A stretch of 64,000 bases of DNA from Deltaproteobacteria bacterium (GTDB lineage: Bacteria > Myxococcota_A > Polyangia > Fen-1088), in NCBI GenBank assembly GCA_033763315.1, contig JANRKS010000032.1, positions 32,001-96,000 on the forward strand. Direction: 5' to 3'. Positions 47,030 to 55,838 of this stretch are shown piece by piece. Within the stretch, counting starts at the first letter, position 1, and the number at the start of each line of letters is the position of its first letter. The notes under the pieces were generated by a model, which was given only the letters and a program-made list of their open reading frames with translations, did not search any database and was not told the origin of the DNA. Position numbers and translations under genes: made by a program.

Positions 47030-48112
47030 ATGTCCTTGCCGCGCAGCCCAAGCCGAAGCCTGTACCCTGCGCTAGGGTTTTGTGTGGCGGCGGTTTTGAG
47101 CCCCTTTCTGGTGCGCTCGGCGGTCGCGGGAGATTTGGACGTCTCACTGCTAAACCTGTGCGGTCCCGGCGTGTCGCGTCCGTTGGCCGGTGGCGATCTG
47201 ACCGACTGCGGTTGGGTGCAGCGGGATGCCTCGGGCCGTGTGACGGGCGTGAAGTTGGACGAAGAGGCCACGAGCCGCTTTCGCAGTTTGATGTCGGAAC
47301 TGGGCGTTGTGATGGCACCGCAGGTGGTGACACCGGCCGACACCATTGGTTTTGCCGGCTTCCAAATTTCGGCCGAGTTAGGCATCACGCAGATCAACAA
47401 CAAAGCCACGTATTGGGATGGCGTGAAAGCCGTGGCGCCGCAGAATCGTTTGGCCGATCGGCCTCAGGCGTGGCTCAGCACTGTGGGCGTGTTCGTGCGT
47501 AAAGGCATTTGGCTTCCGCTGCCGTCGATGGAAGTGGGGGCCGGCGTTGTGCACTTGCTGCAGTCGCAAATGGTCGCCTACCAAGGCTACGCGAAGCTGG
47601 CCATTCATGAGGGGTTTTCCGATTGGCCGCTGCCCTCCCTCGCTGGCCGCGCCGCTTTGTCTCACGTGACCGGGTCTGAACAGGTGCGTCTCGACATCGC
47701 CAGCTTTGATGTGTTGATTTCAAAGGCGTTCGGCGTGGGCGGCACGTTTAGGGCCGAACCATTTGGCGGTTGGAGCTATCTGATGATTAAGGCGCGCAGC
47801 AACGTGATCGATCTGACGCCGGGCTGCGATGGTTTTCTCACAGCAGGTGGGGGCAACGGCGGCGCCTTTTGTGGCCCCACATCTCCGGACGCTGACCTTT
47901 CGGCGAACTTCGCGTTCCCCAACCAAGACACGATCACCCGGCGCCGGTTTTTCGGCGGCATGAAGTTGAAGTTCGCCGCCGTGTTCGTGGCCGGCCAATA
48001 CGAATACCTGCCGGCCGGGCGCTCACGCGACGAATCCGTTTCCAGCCTTGGAGCGCGTGACGGCAGCGACAAGCAGACGCGCGTTTCGTTAAGCGGCGGT
48101 TTCGACTTTTAG
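47030..48112 (+). CDS. Putative outer-membrane beta-barrel protein
   Basis: Signal peptide AVA-G; amphipathic strands; C-terminal VSLSGGFDF. Confidence 0.7.
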   Translation: MSLPRSPSRSLYPALGFCVAAVLSPFLVRSAVAGDLDVSLLNLCGPGVSRPLAGGDLTDCGWVQRDASGRVTGVKLDEEATSRFRSLMSELGVVMAPQVVTPADTIGFAGFQISAELGITQINNKATYWDGVKAVAPQNRLADRPQAWLSTVGVFVRKGIWLPLPSMEVGAGVVHLLQSQMVAYQGYAKLAIHEGFSDWPLPSLAGRAALSHVTGSEQVRLDIASFDVLISKAFGVGGTFRAEPFGGWSYLMIKARSNVIDLTPGCDGFLTAGGGNGGAFCGPTSPDADLSANFAFPNQDTITRRRFFGGMKLKFAAVFVAGQYEYLPAGRSRDESVSSLGARDGSDKQTRVSLSGGFDF

Positions 48113-48313
48113 CTGTTCTGATGAAACCTTGCCCGACAAAGAGGGCCAGGCTTCGAAAGAGAAATGGCACCGAAGCTACCCGTGCAGATCCACGATAGTG
48201 GCTCGTGCAAGGTCACCTGGTGCCAGACCGCAACGGCGGGCCTGCTTGGCGCGACAAGCGGGTGCACGGTCAAGCATTGCGGCAAGACACTGAGACGCCA
48301 CGCTTGATCGACG

Positions 48314-48565
48314 TCAAACCTGCAAACCAGTGCGGATGATCCGCCGCAAACCTTCGATCGGCAGCTTCGGGGAGCGTTTTTCCTCCTCGAAGATGATCTG
48401 AGCCAAGGTGGCGGTGGTGAGATCCTGTTGAGTGGTTTTGTCGGTCACCCGGATCTCGTCGCCGTTGCGAATCATCTGCGCAATCTGCTGCAGCGTCACG
48501 TAACGGCTATCAGTGGTGTCGTACAGTTTGCGGTTCGAGTAACGTTTGATCACGCGCGTGGCCAT
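48314..48565 (-). CDS. PhaR-like (PHA synthesis regulator) DNA-binding domain protein, short form
   Basis: MATRVIKRYSNRKLYDT..SRYVTL...DLT..TLAQIIFEEE. Confidence 0.88.
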   Translation of the reverse strand: MATRVIKRYSNRKLYDTTDSRYVTLQQIAQMIRNGDEIRVTDKTTQQDLTTATLAQIIFEEEKRSPKLPIEGLRRIIRTGLQV

Positions 48566-48590
48566 GGTTCTCAGTTTGACCCCCACGGTC

Positions 48591-48672
48591 CAACGCGTCA
48601 ACGTCTAATTCGCACCGCGTTGAAATCACTCAAGTTTTCGACCAACGCGTAAGAAAGTGACTTTTCGCGTTG
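48591..48672. repeat. Two tandem inverted-repeat pairs CAACGCG...CGCGTTG
   Basis: CAACGCG 48591-48597 / CGCGTTG 48616-48622; CAACGCG 48643-48649 / CGCGTTG 48666-48672. Confidence 0.7.
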
Positions 48673-48754
48673 TCAAGTGTCTCGTCAAAACTGTCGATGC
48701 GCCCGCACAAAAAGCAGAGCTATCCGGCGCTGAATGTCATCCAAGAAACTGGAT

Positions 48755-48964
48755 TCATTCGACTTTTGAGCCGCCCTCCGGAGTTTGGCCGTCTTTCAAT
48801 TCCGGCTTCTTCGGCGTGACGTCGATTTCGTTGCCGGTGTTCACGGCGCGCTTGAAGTTCCGGATGGCCTTACCCAACCCGTCTCCCAGTTGAGGCAGTT
48901 TTGTGGCCCCGAATACGATGATTACGATGACGAGAATTACGAGCCATTCGGAGCCGCCGAGCAT
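48755..48964 (-). CDS. tatA: Twin-arginine translocase TatA/E
   Basis: [33 protein letters not shown]; GGAGG RBS. Confidence 0.93.
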   Translation of the reverse strand: MLGGSEWLVILVIVIIVFGATKLPQLGDGLGKAIRNFKRAVNTGNEIDVTPKKPELKDGQTPEGGSKVE

Positions 48965-49116
48965 GGATTTCCTCCAGTGAACAGAAGCCCACTCTATACC
49001 ACCTGCGATTTCGCACAGCAAACAGGTGGGCGGCAATTCTCCCACAATCGGCAAGGCCGCGTGTTGTCAGGTTTTTTGGTGGGCGGTGGGGGTTTCGCCT
49101 ACCATTGATAGACACG

Positions 49117-51297
49117 ATGGCGCGCTTGGTGGCTTTCATAACGGCTCGGGTCTTGGTGGTCACGGTCGTGGCCACCTTGACGGCCCCCGCCGTGCTCGCG
49201 CAGGTGGCAGGGCCGGATGAACGCGAACGCAAGGCTGTGCGCGGTGGGCCCCTGGAAGAGTCGCTGCTGGTGGAAAGCCCCGAGCTGCGAGAGCTGCGCA
49301 GCTTCGAGAGCCGTACGTTTGGACGCACCGAGCGCGTTCCGTTCAAGGTCTATGAGCCCGAGCAAACCGAGGGGCCCGTGCCCCCCGCGGCCGAGGCTCT
49401 CAAGGGGCGATGGAGCGGCAGCGGCGATGTGCCAGCGGTTTTGCGTTCGCCCGCACATGATCGGGGCAGCGGCGCCCCGGAGGCTCCGGAGTCCAACACC
49501 GCGTGGCTGTCCAGCTTGACGTTGCCAGAGATCCCCGTGCGCTGGCACAGCAGCGTGCTCAAGTACCTGGACTTCTTTAAGACAGACGATCGCGGTCGCG
49601 CGATTATGACCAATTGGCTGCGCCGTTTGGGCAGATACAGGCCGCTGTTTGATCGGATCGCCGCGCGTGAAAATGTGCCGCGCGACTTGATCTTTTTGGC
49701 GATGGTCGAAAGTGGCTTTGAACCCGGCGCCGTGTCGCACGTGGGCGCGGGCGGTGTGTGGCAGTTCATGCCGGGCGCGGGCCGCGCTTATGGCTTGGAG
49801 GTGAGCTACTGGGTGGACAACCGGCGCGATCCCGAGCGCGCCGCAGAGGCGGCGGCGCGGTACCTCAAGGATCTGTACGCGCGGTTTGGCTCGTGGCCGT
49901 TGGCATTTGCGGCCTACAACGCCGGCTACGGAGCGGTGCTGCGCTCGATCACACGTTACAACACCAACGACTATTGGGAGCTGATTCGCCACGAAGCGGG
50001 GTTGCCCTGGGAAACCGCGCTGTATGTGCCAAAGATTTTGGCTTGCGCCGTGGTGGGCAACAACGTCAAAGCGTTTGGCTTTGAGAACGTACCCGAAGAT
50101 CCGCCGTTGCTTTACGACGTGGTGGAAGTGCCTGCCGCCACAAGCCTGGAACGGGTGGCAAAGGCAGCGGGCGTGGCCATTGAGACGGTTGAGTCGTTGA
50201 ACCCTGAGCTCATCCGTGGCCGCACGCCGCCCGACCGAGGCACCACGCTTGTGCGCGTACCTGAAGGTGGCGGCGAATTGTTCGCACGAAACTTTCACAG
50301 CACCAAAACGAAGGCTGACCAGCTAGAGACGGTGGTGCTGCGGTTCGGTGAATCGCTGGACGATCTGGCGAAGGCGCGTGGCGTTCCCGTGCGCGAGCTG
50401 CGTAAGATCAACGGACTCAAGGATTCCCGTGAGCTGGTGGGTGGCACACCCGTGTTGGTGCCCGTTGTGGAAAAGGTCGTCGCGAAGCAAGATCCCAAAC
50501 AAGATCTGTTGGCGGAGAAGATCAAAGAGGCATCGGCGCCCCCTGTTGTTGAACCGGTTTTGGTTGCGGTGCCCGAGCGCGAGTTCAGGTATGAGGGGCG
50601 CGAGCGCGTGTTTTATCAAACCAAATCCGTCGACACGCTCGAAGACATCGCGGCTGTGTTCGCTGTGTCACCGGACAACCTGACGGAGTGGAACAATCTG
50701 GATGCGGAAGCCAAGCTGCAAGAGGGCATGGTGTTGCAGTTGTTTGTGCCGAAGGATTTTGATCGCGGCTCCGTGGCGCTGCTGGATCCGGCGCGCCTGC
50801 AAGTCGTGACGTTGGGATCAGAAGAATTCTTGGCCTTGCGGGCCGCCCAAGGCGGCAAAACGCGTTTGCTTTATAAGGCAAAAGCGGGCGACACCTTGGC
50901 GAAGATCGCGCGCCGTTATGGGCTCAAGCCCAACGATTTGGCACGCATCAACCGCCTGTCCTACAACTCCAATTTGCAAGAGGGGCAAGACGTGGTGGTG
51001 TATTCGCCCACGCCAGAGATGCCGCGTGAATACGCCGTGGGCCGCACAGCGCCTGGTGCACGCCGGCCAGGAGACGAAGGGCATGTGCAGCTGGCCCCCA
51101 AGAAAGACAGCAAAACTGATAAAACGCCCAAGAAGGCGCAAGCCAAAAACGACGTGAAGGCCGACGGTAAAAGCAAAACGGCCAGCGGCAAAGACAAGAC
51201 TGCAAAGGCCAGCAAGACCACGGCGTCAAGCGGCGCAGCCACAGGCAAAAAGTCTGACGCCTCGAAGGCGGCGAGCAAAGCCACAAAGAAGAAGTGA
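49117..51297 (+). CDS. MltD-like lytic transglycosylase with LysM domains and a Lys/Ala-rich tail
   Basis: LAMVESGF, AGGVWQFMP, AAYNAG, ETALYVPK; several LysM repeats (GDTLAKIARRYG). Confidence 0.9.
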   Translation: MARLVAFITARVLVVTVVATLTAPAVLAQVAGPDERERKAVRGGPLEESLLVESPELRELRSFESRTFGRTERVPFKVYEPEQTEGPVPPAAEALKGRWSGSGDVPAVLRSPAHDRGSGAPEAPESNTAWLSSLTLPEIPVRWHSSVLKYLDFFKTDDRGRAIMTNWLRRLGRYRPLFDRIAARENVPRDLIFLAMVESGFEPGAVSHVGAGGVWQFMPGAGRAYGLEVSYWVDNRRDPERAAEAAARYLKDLYARFGSWPLAFAAYNAGYGAVLRSITRYNTNDYWELIRHEAGLPWETALYVPKILACAVVGNNVKAFGFENVPEDPPLLYDVVEVPAATSLERVAKAAGVAIETVESLNPELIRGRTPPDRGTTLVRVPEGGGELFARNFHSTKTKADQLETVVLRFGESLDDLAKARGVPVRELRKINGLKDSRELVGGTPVLVPVVEKVVAKQDPKQDLLAEKIKEASAPPVVEPVLVAVPEREFRYEGRERVFYQTKSVDTLEDIAAVFAVSPDNLTEWNNLDAEAKLQEGMVLQLFVPKDFDRGSVALLDPARLQVVTLGSEEFLALRAAQGGKTRLLYKAKAGDTLAKIARRYGLKPNDLARINRLSYNSNLQEGQDVVVYSPTPEMPREYAVGRTAPGARRPGDEGHVQLAPKKDSKTDKTPKKAQAKNDVKADGKSKTASGKDKTAKASKTTASSGAATGKKSDASKAASKATKKK

Positions 51298-52202
51298 GTG
51301 TGATGCGTATTTCAGTGACGACGCCGGGGGCCCGCCTGGACGCTGTGGTGGCCAAAGCGTGTGGTGTGTCGCTGCGGCACGTGCGGCAGTGGCTCGAGCA
51401 AGGTTTGGTCAGCGTGAACCAAGGTGGTGTGGCCAAAGGGCGCCGCATGGTGGTGGGCGATGTGGTTGAGGTGAACGTGCCGGAGGCGGTGCAAGCGCTT
51501 GTGTTGGAGCCCCATCCAGAAGTGGTTTTGGATGTGATCTACGAGGACGAATTCTTGGTGGCGATCAACAAGCCAGGCCCGTTGCCGTCGCATCCGTTGC
51601 GCGCTGGTGAAGGCGCAACAGCGGCCGGCGCGTTGGTGGCGCGTTACCCTGAATGTGCGGCGGCGTCGATCGATCCGCGCGAAGGCGGCTTGGGCCACCG
51701 CTTGGATCAAGGCACGTCGGGCGTGTTGGTGGCTGCGCGATCACGGTCGGCATGGTTGGCCTTGCGGCAAGCTTTGAGCGCGATTGCCTGTGAAAAGGCG
51801 TACGTCGCCGAGGTGGCGGGGATCATGCCTGTGTCTGACGTGTGCTCCGAAGCGATCGGCCGCGGGGGGCCGCGCGGCGGTAAAGCTGTGGTGGGTGGCG
51901 GCAAGGATCCGTTGCCGGCGCGGACAGAATTTGAACGTCTGCAGACGCGTCCCTCGTCAAGTTTGGTGCGCGCGCGGTTGTCCTCGGGCCGCGTTCATCA
52001 AGTGCGCGCTCATGCGGCTTACTTGGGCTTTCCTGTACTCGGGGATGCGGTTTACGCGGATGAGCGTGCACGCCGAATCGCGGGTGAGTTGGGCGTGCAA
52101 GCGCTACGGTTGCACGCGGAGAGCGTACGTTTGCGCCACCCAATGACGGGCCAGCCGCTCAAGATCGTTGCGCCGTTGCCCGCGTGGGCAACCAGTTCAT
52201 AA
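51294..52202 (+). CDS. RluA family pseudouridine synthase with S4 domain
   Basis: RLDAVV, INKPG, HRLDQGTSG, GRVHQVRAH, LHA. Confidence 0.93.
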   Translation: MSVMRISVTTPGARLDAVVAKACGVSLRHVRQWLEQGLVSVNQGGVAKGRRMVVGDVVEVNVPEAVQALVLEPHPEVVLDVIYEDEFLVAINKPGPLPSHPLRAGEGATAAGALVARYPECAAASIDPREGGLGHRLDQGTSGVLVAARSRSAWLALRQALSAIACEKAYVAEVAGIMPVSDVCSEAIGRGGPRGGKAVVGGGKDPLPARTEFERLQTRPSSSLVRARLSSGRVHQVRAHAAYLGFPVLGDAVYADERARRIAGELGVQALRLHAESVRLRHPMTGQPLKIVAPLPAWATSS

Positions 52203-52209
52203 ACACAGC

Positions 52210-53577
52210 TCACAACGCTGGATGCAAAGCCATCCACGCCGCGTAGTTGCCGGTGTATCCCACGCGCCGCTGAAGTTGTGCCACGCGCGCTACGAGCGCG
52301 GCATGGCCGGTGGCGTCGGCCTTCTCCACGTGTTCGTGAACGGCGCTCGCCACCACTTGTGCTTGTGTGCGCGCAGGTGCCGACAAAGCTGCAGACACCT
52401 TCGCCTCGGCGTCGCGTTCGCCGCCCAGTCCCAAGAACGCGCTCACGGCGGTTTCCGACAGGTCGCGTGCGTGTTTGCGTGACGCCGCGATGTTGCCTCG
52501 CCCGGTGACCACATTGCCCACCGAGAACACATTCGGGAAGCCCGGCAATGTGCCCAAATGCTGATCTGAAAAGTCGAACAGTTCACCACGCAACGGAATG
52601 CCTTTGATCGGCTCCGGCACGCTGCCAATGGCACTAACAACAAGTGTGGTGGGCAACGTGAACGTAGATGATGTGGCCACCACTTTATCGCCTTGCGCTT
52701 CGTTGCGCCGAAACAGCATGCCTGCCACGCGTTCATCGGCATCGGCAACGATGGCTTCGGGGGACGCCAGCGGTTCCACTTTGAACAGGAACTTCTCCTG
52801 GGCGTGGTTGAGCAGCTTGAGTCGCGTTTTGTGGGCCTTTTCAATCTGCTCGGCGTCGGCCGGCTCATGCACATCCACAAGCGGCATGTCGTGCGGCTGG
52901 CGGCGGTAGACGATCGTGCAACCGGCAAGCTCAAGCTCCGCCCACGTTAACCGCAGCGAGGCCAGCGTGGCGGGGATGCCTTTGTGTTCAAGCTCCGACA
53001 CAGAGACTGTGTGGCCACGTTCGGCAAGCGCGCGACGGGAGGTTTCCAGCATCAAGATCTTGGCCACATCGATGGCCGCCAAGCCGCCGCCCAACACAAG
53101 CGCTCCATCGGCCAAGGGCAGCGCGGGTGCGTTGGGCTCGTGTGCGTGGTTGAACGCAATAACGAATGGATTCTGATAAACGAGGCCGCGGTTCACAAAC
53201 CGCTGGGCGTCGGGCACCGGCAAAGCTCGATCGCGCCACGCCCCACACGCCAGAACAACGGCCGCGAACCCCCATGCGGTGACCATTTCGGTGAAATCAA
53301 CGTCGCGGCCCACCTTGGTGCACGGCACATAATGCACGTTCGGGTGCCCGAGCCTCTCGTCGATGTGGTGGAACTCCTTGCGGCGCAGGGCTTCATGCCA
53401 ACGCGGCAAACCGTCTTCGATTTTTCCGTATGGGCGCGCGTGCTGATCGAACACGGCCACGTTTACGTTTCGCGCGGCCAAATAAGCCGCCACTTCAGCG
53501 CCCGCAGTGGCGCCGCCAATCACCGCCACCCACGCGCGTGCGACTGGTGCAGCCCCTATCGCGTCACCTTCGTCCAT
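52210..53577 (-). CDS. FAD-dependent oxidoreductase (ferredoxin-NADP reductase-like)
   Basis: VAVIGGATAG, PYGKIEDGLPRWH, VLGGGLAAIDV, YRR, VGNVVTGRGNI. Confidence 0.75.
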   Translation of the reverse strand: MDEGDAIGAAPVARAWVAVIGGATAGAEVAAYLAARNVNVAVFDQHARPYGKIEDGLPRWHEALRRKEFHHIDERLGHPNVHYVPCTKVGRDVDFTEMVTAWGFAAVVLACGAWRDRALPVPDAQRFVNRGLVYQNPFVIAFNHAHEPNAPALPLADGALVLGGGLAAIDVAKILMLETSRRALAERGHTVSVSELEHKGIPATLASLRLTWAELELAGCTIVYRRQPHDMPLVDVHEPADAEQIEKAHKTRLKLLNHAQEKFLFKVEPLASPEAIVADADERVAGMLFRRNEAQGDKVVATSSTFTLPTTLVVSAIGSVPEPIKGIPLRGELFDFSDQHLGTLPGFPNVFSVGNVVTGRGNIAASRKHARDLSETAVSAFLGLGGERDAEAKVSAALSAPARTQAQVVASAVHEHVEKADATGHAALVARVAQLQRRVGYTGNYAAWMALHPAL

Positions 53578-53617
53578 GCCGGCATCTTATCCGATCTGAT
53601 ACGCTGGGCGCACTCGC

Positions 53618-54838
53618 ATGGTATTGGGGCTTTGCCTATTCGCGTTCGCTTACGCACTGATCGTGGGGCCACGCCTGCGCGGGCTGCCTCTGGATCGACC
53701 CGCCGGTGCTTTGGTGGGCGCGATTGTGTTCGTTTTGGCGGGCGTCTTGACGCCGGCGCAGGCTTTCGCCGCCGTAAATCTCGATACGATTGTGTTGTTG
53801 TTTGGCCTGATGGGGGTGGGCGCCATCTTGTCACAGCAAGGGGTGTTGCCGGCTTTCAGCGAATGGGCGCTGCAACGGTTTGCGCGACCCCAAGCGCTGC
53901 TCGGCGCTTTGGTGTGGGGCGCGGGCGGTTTGGCGGCGCTGATCACCAACGACGCTGTTTGCGTGTTGGGCACGCCGCTTGTGGTGGCGTGGATCAAACG
54001 GCGCAATCTGCCCCCGCTGCCGTTCTTGTTGGGCTTGGCCACGGCTGCAAACACAGGCAGCGTGGCCACTTTGGTGGGCAACCCGCAGAACATGCTGTGT
54101 GCGACCTTGGGGGGGCTGAGCTATCGCCAATACTTGTGGCGCATGTTGCCGCTGACGGTGGTGTGCCTGGCGATCAACCACGCGCTTGTGGCGTGGCTTT
54201 ACCGGGTTCCGTTGCAACAAACGCCAAAACCGCCTGAGGCCGCGGTGCCAGCCGAGGGGCGGTCGCACGTCTTGAGCCTCGCCGTGCTTGGAGCGTCGGT
54301 GGTGGCTTACACGGCCGGGGCGCACTTGGCGTTCACAGCGGTGGCGGCATTTACGGCCTTGTTGCTGCTTCACAGGCGGTCACCCACGGCGGTGTGGCCG
54401 GGCATCGATTGGTCCGTGTTGGTGTTCTTCTGCGGGCTGTTCGTGATCGTGCAGGGGCTGGTGCAATCGGGAGGCGCCGCGGCTTTGCTGCGTTGGATGC
54501 CGCTGGCCGCAAACGACGACGGGTTGCCGGCGACGCTCAAGAATGCGTTTGTGTTCTTGGTGGGCTCCAACGTTGTCTCGAATGTTCCCTTTATCTTGGT
54601 GATAGAGCCGCAGATGCACACCCAGGCGAACGGCTCCTTCGCCTGGACCTTGCTGGCCATGGCTTCTACGTTTGCGGGCAACATGACGTTGCTTGGATCG
54701 GTGGCGAACATCATCGTGGCCGAGGGCGGCAAGGAGGTGGGCGGGATGGGCTTTTGGAAGTACCTCAAGGTGGGGTTGCCGTTGGCCGTCACCAGCACGC
54801 TCGTGGGCGCCGTGTGGCTTTGGCTTTGGCGCGCCTGA
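53618..54838 (+). CDS. SLC13/ArsB-NhaD family anion transporter (YbiR-like)
   Basis: LDRP, TNDA, AANTGSVATLVGNPQN, SNVP, AGNMTLLGSVANIIV. Confidence 0.9.
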   Translation: MVLGLCLFAFAYALIVGPRLRGLPLDRPAGALVGAIVFVLAGVLTPAQAFAAVNLDTIVLLFGLMGVGAILSQQGVLPAFSEWALQRFARPQALLGALVWGAGGLAALITNDAVCVLGTPLVVAWIKRRNLPPLPFLLGLATAANTGSVATLVGNPQNMLCATLGGLSYRQYLWRMLPLTVVCLAINHALVAWLYRVPLQQTPKPPEAAVPAEGRSHVLSLAVLGASVVAYTAGAHLAFTAVAAFTALLLLHRRSPTAVWPGIDWSVLVFFCGLFVIVQGLVQSGGAAALLRWMPLAANDDGLPATLKNAFVFLVGSNVVSNVPFILVIEPQMHTQANGSFAWTLLAMASTFAGNMTLLGSVANIIVAEGGKEVGGMGFWKYLKVGLPLAVTSTLVGAVWLWLWRA

Positions 54839-54875
54839 GGTGGCGTGCGCCGCTGTGGGTTCGTAGAGTTCAAGC

Positions 54876-55625
54876 ATGCGTACGTCAAACCCAGCTTTGA
54901 GCTCGAAAACCTTTGGTGGATTTGTGGGCTCGCGCCCGAGCGGCGCCACGATGACGATCTCAGGGGCCACAAACAAAACTGGCGTGCTGCTGGCTTTGGC
55001 GATCATCACGGCCGTGATCCCTTGGCGCATCTTCTTTAAAACCGAAAATCCCGCGCTGCTCATGCCGTACCTCATCGGCGGCGGTGTGGGTGGCTTTGTG
55101 ATGGCGCTTGTGACCATATTCAAGAAAGAGTGGTCGCCTGTCACAGCGCCTGCTTACGCGCTTGCGGAAGGTTTATTGCTGGGCGCCGTGTCTGCCTTGT
55201 TCGAGTTGCGGTACCCAGGGCTTGTGCTGCAGGCGGTGGGCCTGACGTTTGGCACGCTGGGCGCCCTGTTGGTGGCGTACAAAACCGGCGTCATCAAAGC
55301 CACCGAGAACTTTAAGCTGGGCGTCGTGGCCGCCACGGGCGCCATCGGGTTGTTTTATTTGGTGGGCTTCGTGCTGCGGTTCTTCGGCATCAACATGCCC
55401 CTCATTCATTCGTCGGGCACGTTCGGCATTCTGTTCAGCTTGGGCGTGGTGGTGGTGGCCGCGCTAAACCTTGTGCTCGATTTTGATTTTATCGAAGAAG
55501 GCGCCCAGCGCGGCGCACCCAAGTACATGGAGTGGTACGCGGCGTTCGGCCTGATGGTGACGCTGGTGTGGCTGTACCTGGAGGTCCTGCGCTTGTTATC
55601 GAAGCTGCAAGATCGTCGACGTTAG
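54876..55625 (+). CDS. Bax inhibitor-1/YccA family membrane protein
   Basis: MRTSNPAL, PAYALAEG, YPGLVLQAV, LDFDFIE, EWYAAFGLMVTLVWLYLEVLRLL. Confidence 0.92.
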   Translation: MRTSNPALSSKTFGGFVGSRPSGATMTISGATNKTGVLLALAIITAVIPWRIFFKTENPALLMPYLIGGGVGGFVMALVTIFKKEWSPVTAPAYALAEGLLLGAVSALFELRYPGLVLQAVGLTFGTLGALLVAYKTGVIKATENFKLGVVAATGAIGLFYLVGFVLRFFGINMPLIHSSGTFGILFSLGVVVVAALNLVLDFDFIEEGAQRGAPKYMEWYAAFGLMVTLVWLYLEVLRLLSKLQDRRR

Positions 55626-55629
55626 TCGG

Positions 55630-55663
55630 CGTTTTGACTTCGCTCGGGGGAACGGTCAAAACG
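55630..55663. terminator. Hairpin, probable intrinsic terminator
   Basis: CGTTTTGAC 55630-55638 / GTCAAAACG 55655-55663, directly after the stop. Confidence 0.55.
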
Positions 55664-55838
55664 GATTGAGGCGCTGGCATGCCACGGCATGCGTCGTGTC
55701 AGGAGCCCCCACCTATTCGCTGAGGAGCCTCAGCTGTAAGCGACCCATTGTAGGGCGGCGTGGGGCAGTATGGGGCCTGGGCTCGGGGCTGCGGCTACGG
55801 TTTTAAAGATGCGCCTGGTTTCTGTCGATTTATCCCCG

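Noticed and set aside
48180-48269. tRNA gene (cloverleaf with a TAGTGG D-loop-like segment)
   Set aside because: No TTCGA T-loop, wrong arm lengths and no CCA; retained only as a generic structured RNA candidate
51090-51297. Histone-like Lys/Ala-rich tail on the lytic transglycosylase as a separate DNA-binding module
   Set aside because: Low-complexity basic tails are common on LysM transglycosylases and nothing further supports a separate function
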